Source: Hydrolagus affinis (taxonomy: Eukaryota). Taken from it: DNA of 64,000 nt. This document shows, one piece after another, positions 1-10,340 of the stretch; the first letter of the stretch is position 1, and each line of letters begins with the position of its first letter. The notes below the pieces were generated by a model, which was not told where the DNA came from, ran no database searches, and saw nothing but the letters and a program-made list of their open reading frames with translations. The position numbers were made by a program, and so were the translations under genes. The stretch is from assembly GCA_012026655.1 (NCBI GenBank), contig JAAILG010000281.1, positions 1 to 64,000 of the forward strand, in the 5' to 3' direction.

Positions 1-281
1 CCCCCCACCCACCCAGCCGTCTCTCTCCCCTCACCCCTTGCATACCTGTATATTGTATTCTAGGACTATGAATACAATATGGCGGCTTTGCACCTCGGTC
101 TGTGCATTGTGTATAGAGATGAGCATTCTGGGTCTTGTAGTTCAGTGTGCGCGCATTCCGATTTTTTCCCTCGATATATCGACTTTTCGATATATCAATA
201 TTTTTGAAATGCCTATATCGGCATATTGATATGAAAATTATATTGGGTTTTAGCGATATATCGGTATATCGCTGGACCCTA
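1..281. mobile_element. One end of a non-autonomous hAT (Ac-like) DNA transposon, truncated by the window edge and inserted into a SINE
   Basis: Ends ...CGATATATCGGTATATCGCTGGACCCTA, whose reverse complement TAGGGTCCAGCGATATACCG is a TAGGG-type hAT terminus. Subterminal CGATATATCG palindromes repeat at 170-272. SINE sequence resumes abruptly at 282. The other TIR is outside the window. Confidence 0.6.
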
Positions 282-379
282 GTGCACAGCAGTATCCCAC
301 AAACAGTCGTGGATTGAAATGACCAATTTTTATTATTGTGTTTTTTTTCAGGGATTAATATTAGGTGCGTGGAGTAAAG
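282..379 (-). mobile_element. Young tRNA-derived DeuSINE, internal fragment
   Basis: GCACAGCAGTATCCCACAAACAGTCGTGGATTGAAATGACCAATT...GTGGAGTAA matches the full-length copies at 3118, 24969 and 62375. Confidence 0.85.
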
Positions 380-679
380 TGTATTTAAAGGAATAACCCA
401 TCTATGCTTTTATTGAGACTGAATTTAAAACGAGCATAAAGGTAAGACATTAATGTTATAATAATTGGCTGAGATCCATTTTTCTTTACACCTCACGAGA
501 GCTATGATTTGTCCTGCTGTGGCTGCACGGCATTCCATTCAGCGGTATGGTTAAGGATTGATGAAATTTTCCAAACTGAGGAAATCAAGTTTCAAGTGAT
601 AGACAGCTCTGGGATTTGATCTTACACCCTCTGGTTATGTATCTAATGGTGCTGTTACACTGCGACTTTCATGCTAAGC

Positions 680-995
680 CAAGATCTTCATTGTTCTTGA
701 GCCAAATGTACAGTTTAGTGCTGCCAGCACTGACTGGTATTGATGTTGTTGATCCATCATTGTTGCTTTACAACTGCAGCAATATAACTGCCACAGGTGC
801 AAAGGCTGCCTTTTATTCCATTTTTTGTAAATAAACTTTTTAAAATATATACTCATGTGCCACCATTTTATTTTCAACGATAAAAACAAACTTTCAGGAG
901 CTATTCTCAGTTGGTGTAAAACCTGGAGTAAAAAATCAGAAAAAGCAGACAGCAAGTAGGATTGAACTGTGCATGTATGAAAGGCAGTTGCCATC
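680..995 (-). mobile_element. Ancient non-LTR (CR1/L2-group) RT fossil
   Basis: Translation TAFHTCTVQSYLLSAFSDFLLQVLHQ...LFLSLKIKWWH..., then GIKGSL after a frameshift. This follows the motif order GF...S..LL...D.L..LD...VFLDL.KAFD.VWH...GI.G.L. Highly decayed, aligned by eye. Confidence 0.4.
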
Positions 996-3117
996 CCTTA
1001 TATTTTTTGTATGGGGCAGACAGCATAATAAAGTTTCCTCTTGCACACAGAGTTACACAAATATGGTTCTCTTCCAGCAAGTATAGTTGAGTCTTTGCAT
1101 ATCACTAAACTGGCCTCAGTGGGACTATTTGTTTGCAATTGTGAATCAATTCAAATTGCATGTCTGCCAATTTGTAGGCTTTGATGTTCATTTTTTAATA
1201 AGTTTAAAAATGCAGTGGCAGAGATTGGTTAATTAGCCATTGAGCTGTCACAATTGGAGAATTTTATTGAAATTTCTCAAGTAAATTCCTTGATCTGGGT
1301 GAGAAATGGGTTTAAAACTTATAGGCAAATGTTACTTGTTAAAGAAAACAGAAATCTATCATGTTTAAACTCAGACATGGCAGCTCGCTCTTCCTCTTCT
1401 GGGACCGATGGTTATATGCTCAATCCCCACACCATAATTGAGGTTATAATCATTTTGTGACAAAGCTTGACAAGATACTAATTACATGTAGAGCGGAAAG
1501 GTTAATGGTTTTGGTTTTATTAATAAATTTAAACTTAACAGAAACTCCTAAAGTTGACATTTCTGTGGAAATGGCTTCATTTATATTTTTGGTTGATCAC
1601 AAGATTAGTTAGGATGAGGAAGGGTCTCTGGCCCAAAAAAGAAATGTCCTATTGACCATCCATTACCTCGCTTGGGCAGTGATCTAAACCTCATTTAAGC
1701 CAGTATTGATGATACCAATCTGCTGATAGATACCACAGGTTATCACATTGAACAGTCAAATATTACAAATCAATTGAACTAAAAGGGACAGAACTATTCT
1801 TCCATTATACGAATGGATATATCTGGAACAAATGGAAAAATAAACAGGCACATCCAGCCTATGAAAGAGACTAATTCTGTCATACACCCACGAGGTCTCA
1901 GTTTGAAATAATAGACTCTTTGTAAGATTTGCTGCATCCATTTCTAAGTTTGTTTGTTTTAAGGGGGGTAAACCATTAATACATAATATGACCTGCAGAG
2001 GGATTTTCATAAAACCACATGTTTAAATAATTGAACAATCTTTAAGTCTTTGCTTTTTGATGGCGGTTACTAAATTGTTCAGAAGACAGTTTCTTTTTTT
2101 TAGTTCATTTTGCATAATCATCATTTAATGCTTTTAACAACCTTTAGTTCTATAATTCCTTTAGAAACTTAGTAGTAAGTTTACAGAGAAACTTTAACCG
2201 CCATGCAAGTATTCACATGTATGTAAGCATTAGTGTTTTTTCTTTGAGAAATATGCAGTTATAAGAACATTATTTTAAAGCAATTTTATACTTGGATTTT
2301 GTTTAGTTATTAAGTTGATGATTAATAATGCATTCATATTAATTAACCAAGTTGAACAGTGGTGTTATTCACTTCTTGACGTAAAACAGTACATAAGTGA
2401 AATTTATACCCATTTGTGTAATTGATCTGAATGAAAAGTAATTAATTTTACACTAGTGTCTATTGTGGAGTGATCGAGAGCTGGCAAATGGTAGTTTTAC
2501 TGCCAGCAACATATTACTCTGGTCCAGGGCATATTGCAAGTCATGTACATGTGCACAGTTCTCCTACCCAGCTCCAAAATATTGTTAATTTTTAACATTG
2601 TTAAAAGTCAGGTGTCCCGACAATTCTTTTAATAACATTAACCTACACATTATTAACAGTCCAATGGCCTGCCTAGATGCTTTGGCTTCATTTTCCATCA
2701 AATGCAATCAGACTAGAGTTGTATGACAGCCAATATAAATCGAAAGAGGTCTGAGATTCCCTCCCTAAGGTAATTTTTGCACCACTTTCCTGAGATGGGC
2801 ACTTGAACCCTAGTACTGAAGGTACACTCCAGTGTTTGCATTGATTCAATATATAAAAAAGCAAAGTCAACAAAATCCGTGGTGTAACTACAACATAAGA
2901 AATATTCTGTGGGCATTGTCTAATCCGATTTCAGTATTAATCATTGTAAACTGTTCATGGCAAATGATGAAAAATTGTTCATTTTGAGTATTACACAAAT
3001 ACTTATGTAAATTCTGATTTTTACAGCTGTTTTGCTCTTTAGAATGAATGAACCTAAGTTTCAAGAAAATACAAACTCTTAGACACGGTGAATATGCTTA
3101 GAACATACCAAGTATTT

Positions 3118-3429
3118 TAATAATAATAACAATGCTTGCATTGGATATAGCGCTTATCACATCTTCTGGATGTCTCAAAGCACTTCACAATATATACTGT
3201 AAAGTGAATTGACTGTACATTTGTGGGTGAAACACGGCAGCTTTTTTCGCACAGCAGTGTCCCACAAACAGCAGTGGATTGAAATGACCAATTTTTTTTT
3301 TTTTTTTTGTGCGATTATTATTAGGCATGTGGAATAAGGAAATTTACCCAAGGTTTTGCCCTGCCTGGAATTGAACCCAGGTATCTTTCTTTTAAAGTGA
3401 GTGTTCTAACCACTGAGCTAAAGGGCTTC
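3118..3429 (-). mobile_element. Young tRNA-derived DeuSINE, full length
   Basis: On the minus strand: A box TAGCTCAGTGG, B box GGTTCAATTCC, Deu-type core, L2-like stem-loop tail and (ATT)n end. Confidence 0.92.
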
Positions 3430-3599
3430 AGATATCTGGGGACAGTGTACAGGACATCTCAAACGACTGCCAAGATGGTGGAAGTTGAACCAGATGGATT
3501 GTAATCTTCTTTTGCCAACAAATTCTTACATTCAATATCCCCTCCAAATGAGCTTTAAAACTCTCTCACGCATTTTGTTCTTCCATCAATTGCCCCTAA

Positions 3600-3785
3600 A
3601 GCACACTCTGGGCTCTCCACAAGCCTTGGTTCTTGTCAACCTCTGCCTAATACTTTCCAGAATTAGATTGATCAAGATGTGTATCTTTATCTCTATCTCA
3701 ACAATCTATCTCTGGGAATTTCCAGGTGTAGGTGGGATGCATGGAATTCTCAGTTGGGCTCTGAGGCTCTTAAGCAACATTGAGC
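3600..3785 (+). mobile_element. Possible decayed L2 RT fragment
   Basis: ALVLVNLCLILSRI...GILSWALRLLSN resembles LVLLDLSAAFDTI...GTALSWFRSYLSN, seen more clearly at 31293. Confidence 0.25.
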
Positions 3786-4316
3786 ATACATTAAGCATAC
3801 TCATTGTTATGCATTAAACTCATGTCTCCAATACTCTGCAAATATTAACCTCTTATCCATACTAACTTTAAAGCAGTGACTGTCAAGAGTAGCTGGGTTG
3901 GTGGAATGAGTGTTTGTATCTTGGCCTTAACTAACATTCATACTCGATTGCCCTAGTAGAGCGAGGTGTGGCATTTCTCAGCTTGGTTGACATATGAAAC
4001 ACTGATACATCTCAATCTCTCAGTGACAGGAAACCATTTCCTGCTTCTTCTGCCTCCTCCCACCTCTCCCACAAGAGTGAGAATGATGAAGCTCAGCCAC
4101 AAACGCACAGCCAATGTTTTCTCTGCCCTTTTGATTAGATGCAGGTGACAGCAGTGTGGATCCCTACTAAACAATTTCAATCTATGGGACATATCCCATA
4201 GCCATTTTAAAATTCCATATCTCAACCAAGCTTATATCTGTTAAATTTAGTTCAGTTGAGTGTGAATGTCAGTTAAGATCATGATACAAACTCCCACTCA
4301 GATGTCTTATTACCCT

Positions 4317-4682
4317 GATAGCATTCTTGCCTCTGAGGAAGAAGGATATGGGTTCATTTCCCCCAGACTTGTGCAGTGCAGTGCTGGGGGAGCAATGCAT
4401 TGTCAGAGGTACCGACCTTCATATGAGATGTTGAAACCGGAGTCCCATCTGCCCGTTCACATGGATGTTTAAGATTCCCCCTGACATGACTCGAAAAGAG
4501 AAGGCAGATCCTCCAAGCGTCCTGGCCAACAAACTTCAGCTTAAATTTGATTTGTGTCTGTTTGTCGTGTTTGCCTACAAAAATTCATTCACCACACTTC
4601 ACAGTAAAAATCCTTTGAGGTGCTTTGAGACATAATGACAACGTGATAAGCTGTTATATCAAGTTAAATATTGTTACTAATA
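4317..4682 (+). mobile_element. Older long DeuSINE (SacSINE1/AmnSINE1-like)
   Basis: Head TAGCATTCTTGCCTCTGAG..GAAGG..ATGGGTTCA. Deu domain GCATTGTCAGAGGTACC..CTTCATATGAGATGTTGAAACCGG..CCCATCTGCCCGTTCACATGGATG. Tail GTGCTTTGAGACA..GTGATAAG..TATATCAA. Confidence 0.8.
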
Positions 4683-4690
4683 ATGATAGT

Positions 4691-4756
4691 CAGTGCCTTG
4701 GGACATCCTCCCGATGTGAAAGGCGCTCTATAAATGTAATTTTGTTGTTGTTGTTG
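4691..4756 (+). mobile_element. L2 LINE 3' tail (subfamily A)
   Basis: GTGCCTTGGGACATCCTCCCGATGTGAAAGGCGCTCTATAAATGTAA(TTG)n. The same tail is attached to L2 ORF2 at 19436-19949. Confidence 0.85.
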
Positions 4757-6842
4757 ATAGAAGTACAACTATACAGGTGAAAGGAGCTATTTTTCAATTG
4801 TTTAACCATTTTAAACGTAATGGTTTTAATTCAATGCGTATCTACATTAACTTTATTCTGGCTTTGGTTGTTTGAATTGAGTGACCTTTCTGTTACTTTA
4901 CAGCTACAAAATTAAACACATGCCTTTCCATAATACTAGGATTACTGGTTCCATGTCAAAAGGCCCGAGCCACCAGTTTTAATATAAAGATATAAAATAT
5001 GTAACAAATTCAATGATGAAACAATAATGTTTATCTTCTATTTTTCAGAAGGCATCCTGTTATCTTTGGCCACGCTCGCAGAGAAGGAATCTCTTTATTG
5101 TGGTCTGGCACAGATCCAAACCGTGACATTTTTTGCATACTTCTGTAACACAAAGGCTGCAAACAATACAAGAAGTTTAACATTTTAGTTGAATTTGATC
5201 AATAGGAGGCATTCTTTTTAGGGTTTATAATAATAATAATCATCCTTGCATTGTAATCAACTTGTTGCGAAGAGCAGCATTTAAAACATAATATATTAAG
5301 TACTAACCAGCTTCAATGTATTTTGTCAAAGAACTGTGCAATTGCGAAAAAATATATATATTGTGTGCGTGAGCTGCATTGTCTAAAGGGCTCATTTTCT
5401 AAACATTCCCAACTCTGCAGGTCAGAACCAGAAAGAAACAGCTCACAAAAGAAGCAAACAATTCTGACATTTATGAGACCAAGTTTTATTTTCTTTCTGA
5501 GATAATAGCAATTAATTAGCTTAACAGTTCATTTCAGCTGCTAAGCTAAAATGTTTTACCGGCTTTAACAGCTTTGGGTTCCCAGATGGAAACATTTGTT
5601 TGAAAGGAATATTTGCTCAGATGTCAACTCACCTCCATCCATTGTACAGTAATTGTTTAATAGATACAACGGGATAATAGGATTACTTTGTTCATATCAA
5701 TAGATTTCTAATGCATTATTACTTTCATCTTCAATCTTTGTCTAAAACCATGAACCTTTGTGGTTTTGAAAATTTATGTATAATAACGTCTTGCTTTTAG
5801 TGCTTAATTAACCATAGAGTTGATTTTTTAAACATCTGATAAGTACCATAACCTTAGCATTCTTACTGTGCTATATTTTCTCAGACTCAGATTATACAGA
5901 GCTGTACTTTTCATCAGTTCCTCTGTGGTTGTTTGAGTATTGTTGCATTTCACAAAAAGCTAGAGAATAAAATCAAGATGCTACATTCTGCATAGTTTTG
6001 GAGTAGTTTGAGGCAACCAAATTGTTCCTTTGGTTGAATATTTTAAGTTACAAAATATTTTAAGTGACAAGTGCCCAAATGTTACTGAAGGCTTCTTTTT
6101 TATTTTGTCAATGAGGTGCATTTTGCAATATTAGTTCGGAAAGGTTTGATTTGATGAGAAACATATGTTATTGATAATGCAAATCATAAGAATGTAAGTG
6201 GCCCTCTCAGATCAATATGGCTTCTTTTTTTTCCCCCCTGAAAACTGTGTCAGCCAGTTCCTATCTTATTATTAATCTTTGCAGTTTTACAAGACAGAAA
6301 ATCTGTCACCACTTGTCTTTTCAGTGTGTGTGACACTGCAAGCTTGTCAAAACAGACAGCTGTTAAACTGAATTATCGTCTGTCTCCAGAAATGCAGCTC
6401 TTGCCAGATGCAAAGGCCATCTGCAGTACAGAAGTGGTACAGGGTGGTTTTTAAACAGTGTGGATATTCTGGTAATTGAATAGAATGTCTGTGACATGCA
6501 ACCTGACTCATACAGAACATAGCCAGCCAGCTTGTGAGCAGCACAGCCAAGAGTTACAGAGGGTTGCCAACCCGATACCATATCTAAGGCCAACACACAT
6601 CTGCACACAATTCTGATTTTATGCTTTATATTCCGAGTTTGCTTTCTCTCGGGTTAAAATCCTGAACCCTACTATTGCTAAAATACACAGTCAAACTTTT
6701 TCTCTTGCGTTCCTGGACTCCTTGTTAAAATTTTTAAACGGAGATTGATACAACCAAAAATAAAAGATGACAAAAGTAATATCTTGACATGAGCAAAGTT
6801 TAACTACTGTGTCACATACATATGAACTCCAATATAAAAACA

Positions 6843-6920
6843 TATGAACATAAGAAATGCTAGACGGAAAAAAGACAAAGGTCCATCTACTGCTCCTTCC
6901 ACCTTCCTAGTGGTTGCATG
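6843..6920 (-). mobile_element. CR1-type 3' end fragment
   Basis: CATATGAACATAAGAAATGCTAGACGGAAAAAAGAC..GGTCCATC, the reverse of a CR1 tail (GATGGACC..TCTT..TTCTTATGTTC). Confidence 0.5.
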
Positions 6921-7089
6921 TCCATATGTCCTGAACCATGTACTAATAAAAACATTATTGATCTGATTACTCTTTTTAAACAAAATTGATGTTGGCACAT
7001 AGCATGATTCCTTTACATATTAAATAGAAGTTATGAGACATTATACAATGCTTGATTATCATACCCCTACTAAAGAGGATGATGGCCTT

Positions 7090-7770
7090 TCATAGGACTC
7101 AAATCGCCAATTACAATTTGGTTGTCAAATCCACAGGTAATCACCACATACCCTGGAGATAGTCAGTAGAAAGTTCATAAGAAGTTTCAATTACATTTAA
7201 ATATTCAACACAACTCACATAAACTTCATAATATCTGCAATTAGCTTGCTGTTGGAATGAAATATTAAAATAAGGCTAACGAATGGCAGGGAATGGTGTT
7301 TTTGCATTTATCAGAAAGTGTTATTATGTGAAGATGAAATCTCGCTGAAGGTTTTGTAATTGCTGGCAGAGAGTCTGGATGCTACCTGCAGGTTCTTTAA
7401 CATAATTAAATGGCAACTTAATCTTTCTGAGACATCATCATGGGCGGCAACATAAGTCTGCAGTTAAGAAAAATACATTTATATTATTTTTATAATACTT
7501 CACTTGTAAATTTGGAAACTATGATTATTAGTTTTGGAATGCACACAATTACAATTATAAGAATTACATAGCCTTGTTCTGAGAGGAACATTATTCTGGA
7601 TGTACAGCTTGAATATATCTGGAGACCTTCTTGAATAAACGTGAGATCTTGCTGAAGGTTTCTTTATGATTTCTGCCTGTTAGACTTTCAATGCTGGCTA
7701 CAGTAATTGTTTAATCACATTAATCCAATCTCTTGTAAATATCATCAATGGCTAAAGCATATGTAAATGC
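7090..7770 (-). repeat. Degenerate ~307-bp tandem duplication (2 units, possibly 3); possible fossil coding repeat
   Basis: TGAAATCTCGCTGAAGGTTT (7335) vs TGAGATCTTGCTGAAGGTTT (7642). ATCATCATGGGCGGCAACATAAGT (ends 7457) vs ATCATCAATGGCTAAAGCATATGT (ends 7764). The offset is 307 bp at both anchors. Confidence 0.6.
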
Positions 7771-8120
7771 TATGATTGTTAGACATCAGGTTCGTATTGA
7801 TGTAAAGTATGTAGGCTTGAAGGGAGAATATTTATAAAGTGTACTACAGTACTATGAAAACCTCACATTGGTTGCTTCAGGCAACTGTTTGGAACAACTA
7901 AGGTCCATATTTGATTTTACTTTCAGTCCTTTTAATTCACCCAGAGCTACAATTTGTTCCACCATTGTAATCCTTGCAACTATCCCAGTTACATTCATTG
8001 TGCACTTTAACATTGCATTTTGTTTTGTTCTGACAAATATTATAACACATTGTATTTCATAACAATTTTACCAGATTAAATTTGAAGTAGATATTAACTT
8101 TACTGGATATATTTTTATTT

Positions 8121-8307
8121 CAAAACAGCAATTTACATTGATACAGAATCTTTGATGTTGCCAGGATGTTTCAAAGTACCTGTAACTTCATATAACTGAT
8201 TGGAAGCCCAAGCTAGGAAGGGAGCCGAGGAAAGGAGTTATAGGCATTCAAATATACAGGCAAAGAAATAGGTCTTGAGGCCGATTTTGAAGACTGCGAG
8301 GGAGAGG
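8121..8307 (-). mobile_element. L2 LINE 3' fragment, decayed
   Basis: Minus strand encodes SLAVFKIGLKTYFF (L2 ORF2 C-terminus), followed by a degenerate tail. Confidence 0.65.
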
Positions 8308-8863
8308 ATAAAACTCAACCTGACCTTTACCTGGTATACTCTGCAGAATAATTGTAAAGCACTTTACAAAACCACGAGCAATTATCCTGTAAATAGCAAC
8401 AGGGAATCTACAGCACATGGAAACATCATTCATTATTCATTAGCTCAGGTATTCAAATTGTATCTGGTGTCACTGGAATGTAGGTGGCTATGAATCGGGT
8501 TGAACAAATCATATTTAAAGCTTGCCCAGTTGCCTGTTGGGTTGATGAACTATTCCAAGATGCTCAATTCACCTGAGCATCAAACCCATCAAAAGGTTTC
8601 CTGGAACACTCACCAATAGGGGAACAGAGAACTACAGCAATTGGCAAGAGTTTGTGTCTGAGCTTTTGATGCTGTTGTTCTTCTTCTCTAGTCATAGATC
8701 TTATTGTAACACAATGATGGTCAATTCTATATCTTATCTGTAATAATGTGAAAGGCAAAGATGGTGTTGGAAAAGAAGAATCATAAAGTTCTTAAGTTAG
8801 AATTGTGATATAAATAGGCACTTACATTTCAGTGCTAGCAGATACAATTTTAAAGCCTTAGCT

Positions 8864-9063
8864 CAGAGGTTCCCGAACTAGTGGTCTGCGAGCTCCATTC
8901 AGGTGGTCTACGGAAACGTTGTGAAACAATCGAGAATATGCAAAGTGCTTTACAATAATTAGCTAATAGTACAATCAATATTAGGAAAGATCATTAAGTG
9001 GTCCGCTGAGATCCTCAGCAAGTTTCAAGAGGCCCGTGAAAAAACAATGTTTGAGAACCACTG
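8864..9063. mobile_element. 200-bp non-autonomous hAT-Charlie MITE
   Basis: TIRs CAGAGGTTCCCGAAC and GTTTGAGAACCACTG. Perfect 8-bp TSD CCTTAGCT at 8856-8863 and 9064-9071. Repeated subterminal GTGGTC(C/T) motifs. Confidence 0.92.
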
Positions 9064-10000
9064 CCTTAGCTAATGGATAATTTGCTTCAGTGTGCTGTAG
9101 AATCCCTCTTGCTGTTTCCAAGAGAATTGCCAGTGGTTTTGGTGATGGAAACCAAGTTTGGGACTGTGGTCTGACAATAATGTCAGCAATGTGGATATCG
9201 GATAAACTCCATACTCTGTAAGTCGCTAAGATATCACCAGGGCCTCAGTTTTCAGCAAGGCATGAAGAGCATCAGAGCAACTGCATAGAGAGGTTCCAAA
9301 CATTGTACAGTACCTGAATTCAAAGCTCAGTTTCTTGCAGATGTTCCAAAACCCAGTATTGCTGGTGGCTCCAACACACAGCAGGGGAAAGAGACTGTCG
9401 GCCTGGTCTCAGCCAGTCCTGAGCAAAGGATTGGATTGGAAGTAAATTGTTCTGTCCAGCTGCTCACTGTAACACACACAAATAATTATCATTTTTGGCC
9501 ATTTGAGAAGCACCAGGTGTTATCATTAGAGCGTCCACAACTCTATTAAAAACTTGGCAGTCCAGGCAGGTTTGATTCGAAATATGTTGAACGGTAGTGT
9601 TTTTTTCTTCACAAATTACAGTGATGTAAAAAAGAATCTTTACATTTGACATTATGTGTATAACATCAAAAGGTTTCAAAGTGCTTCACAGTTAGTTGCC
9701 CTAAAGTTATAACTTTTGTGTATTTCTGTATGGTATCTTAGCAATAAATAATTTGGATTTAAGACCTTTAATGGTGAATGTCGATAAAGAACAGAAGTCA
9801 TGCTTTTTAGGATCAGCTATGAAATGGTATATTGATACTGGAATTGCTTTATTGATGTCTTGTTGTAGAACACAGTGATTTATTTACATGTTGAAACTTT
9901 TGTTTTATAGATCAATCCTTAAAGTATCAGTAAATATTAACCATATTAGCAAATATGAGCTACAGGATGAAGAGACCTGAGTTCAATTGCAGACAAGTAA

Positions 10001-10340
10001 CAGACCTGAGTTCGATTCCTGGCAGAGCAAAACCTTGAGCAAATTTCCTTACTCCACATGCCTGATAATAATCCCACAAGAAGAAAAAATCCACGAATGT
10101 TTGTGAGACACTGCAGTGCGCAATTGGCTGCCGCGTTTCAACACCCCCACATCCCCTCCCCACCCCGCTGCGCATTCCCTCCACAAACATATACAGTGAG
10201 CTGAGACACCGTCTGGCGTGGAGGGCACTATATAAATCAAAGTTGTTGTTGTTGTTGAATTCACTTTACAATATTTTCTGTGAAGCTTTTTGAGACGTCC
10301 GGAAGACATCAAAAAATGCTATATCAATACAATAATTACA
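10001..10340 (+). mobile_element. Young DeuSINE with a rearranged 5' end and a nested L2 tail
   Basis: B box GAGTTCGATTCC, core GTGCGCAATTGGCTGCCGCGTTTC, tail GCTTTTTGAGACGTCCGGAAGACATC. Interrupted at about 10198-10256. Confidence 0.85.
10198..10256 (+). mobile_element. L2 3' tail (subfamily B) nested in a SINE
   Basis: CTGAGACACCGTCTGGCGTGGAGGGCACTATATAAATCAAAG(TTG)n splits the SINE motif ATACAGT/AATTCACTTTACA. Confidence 0.8.
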
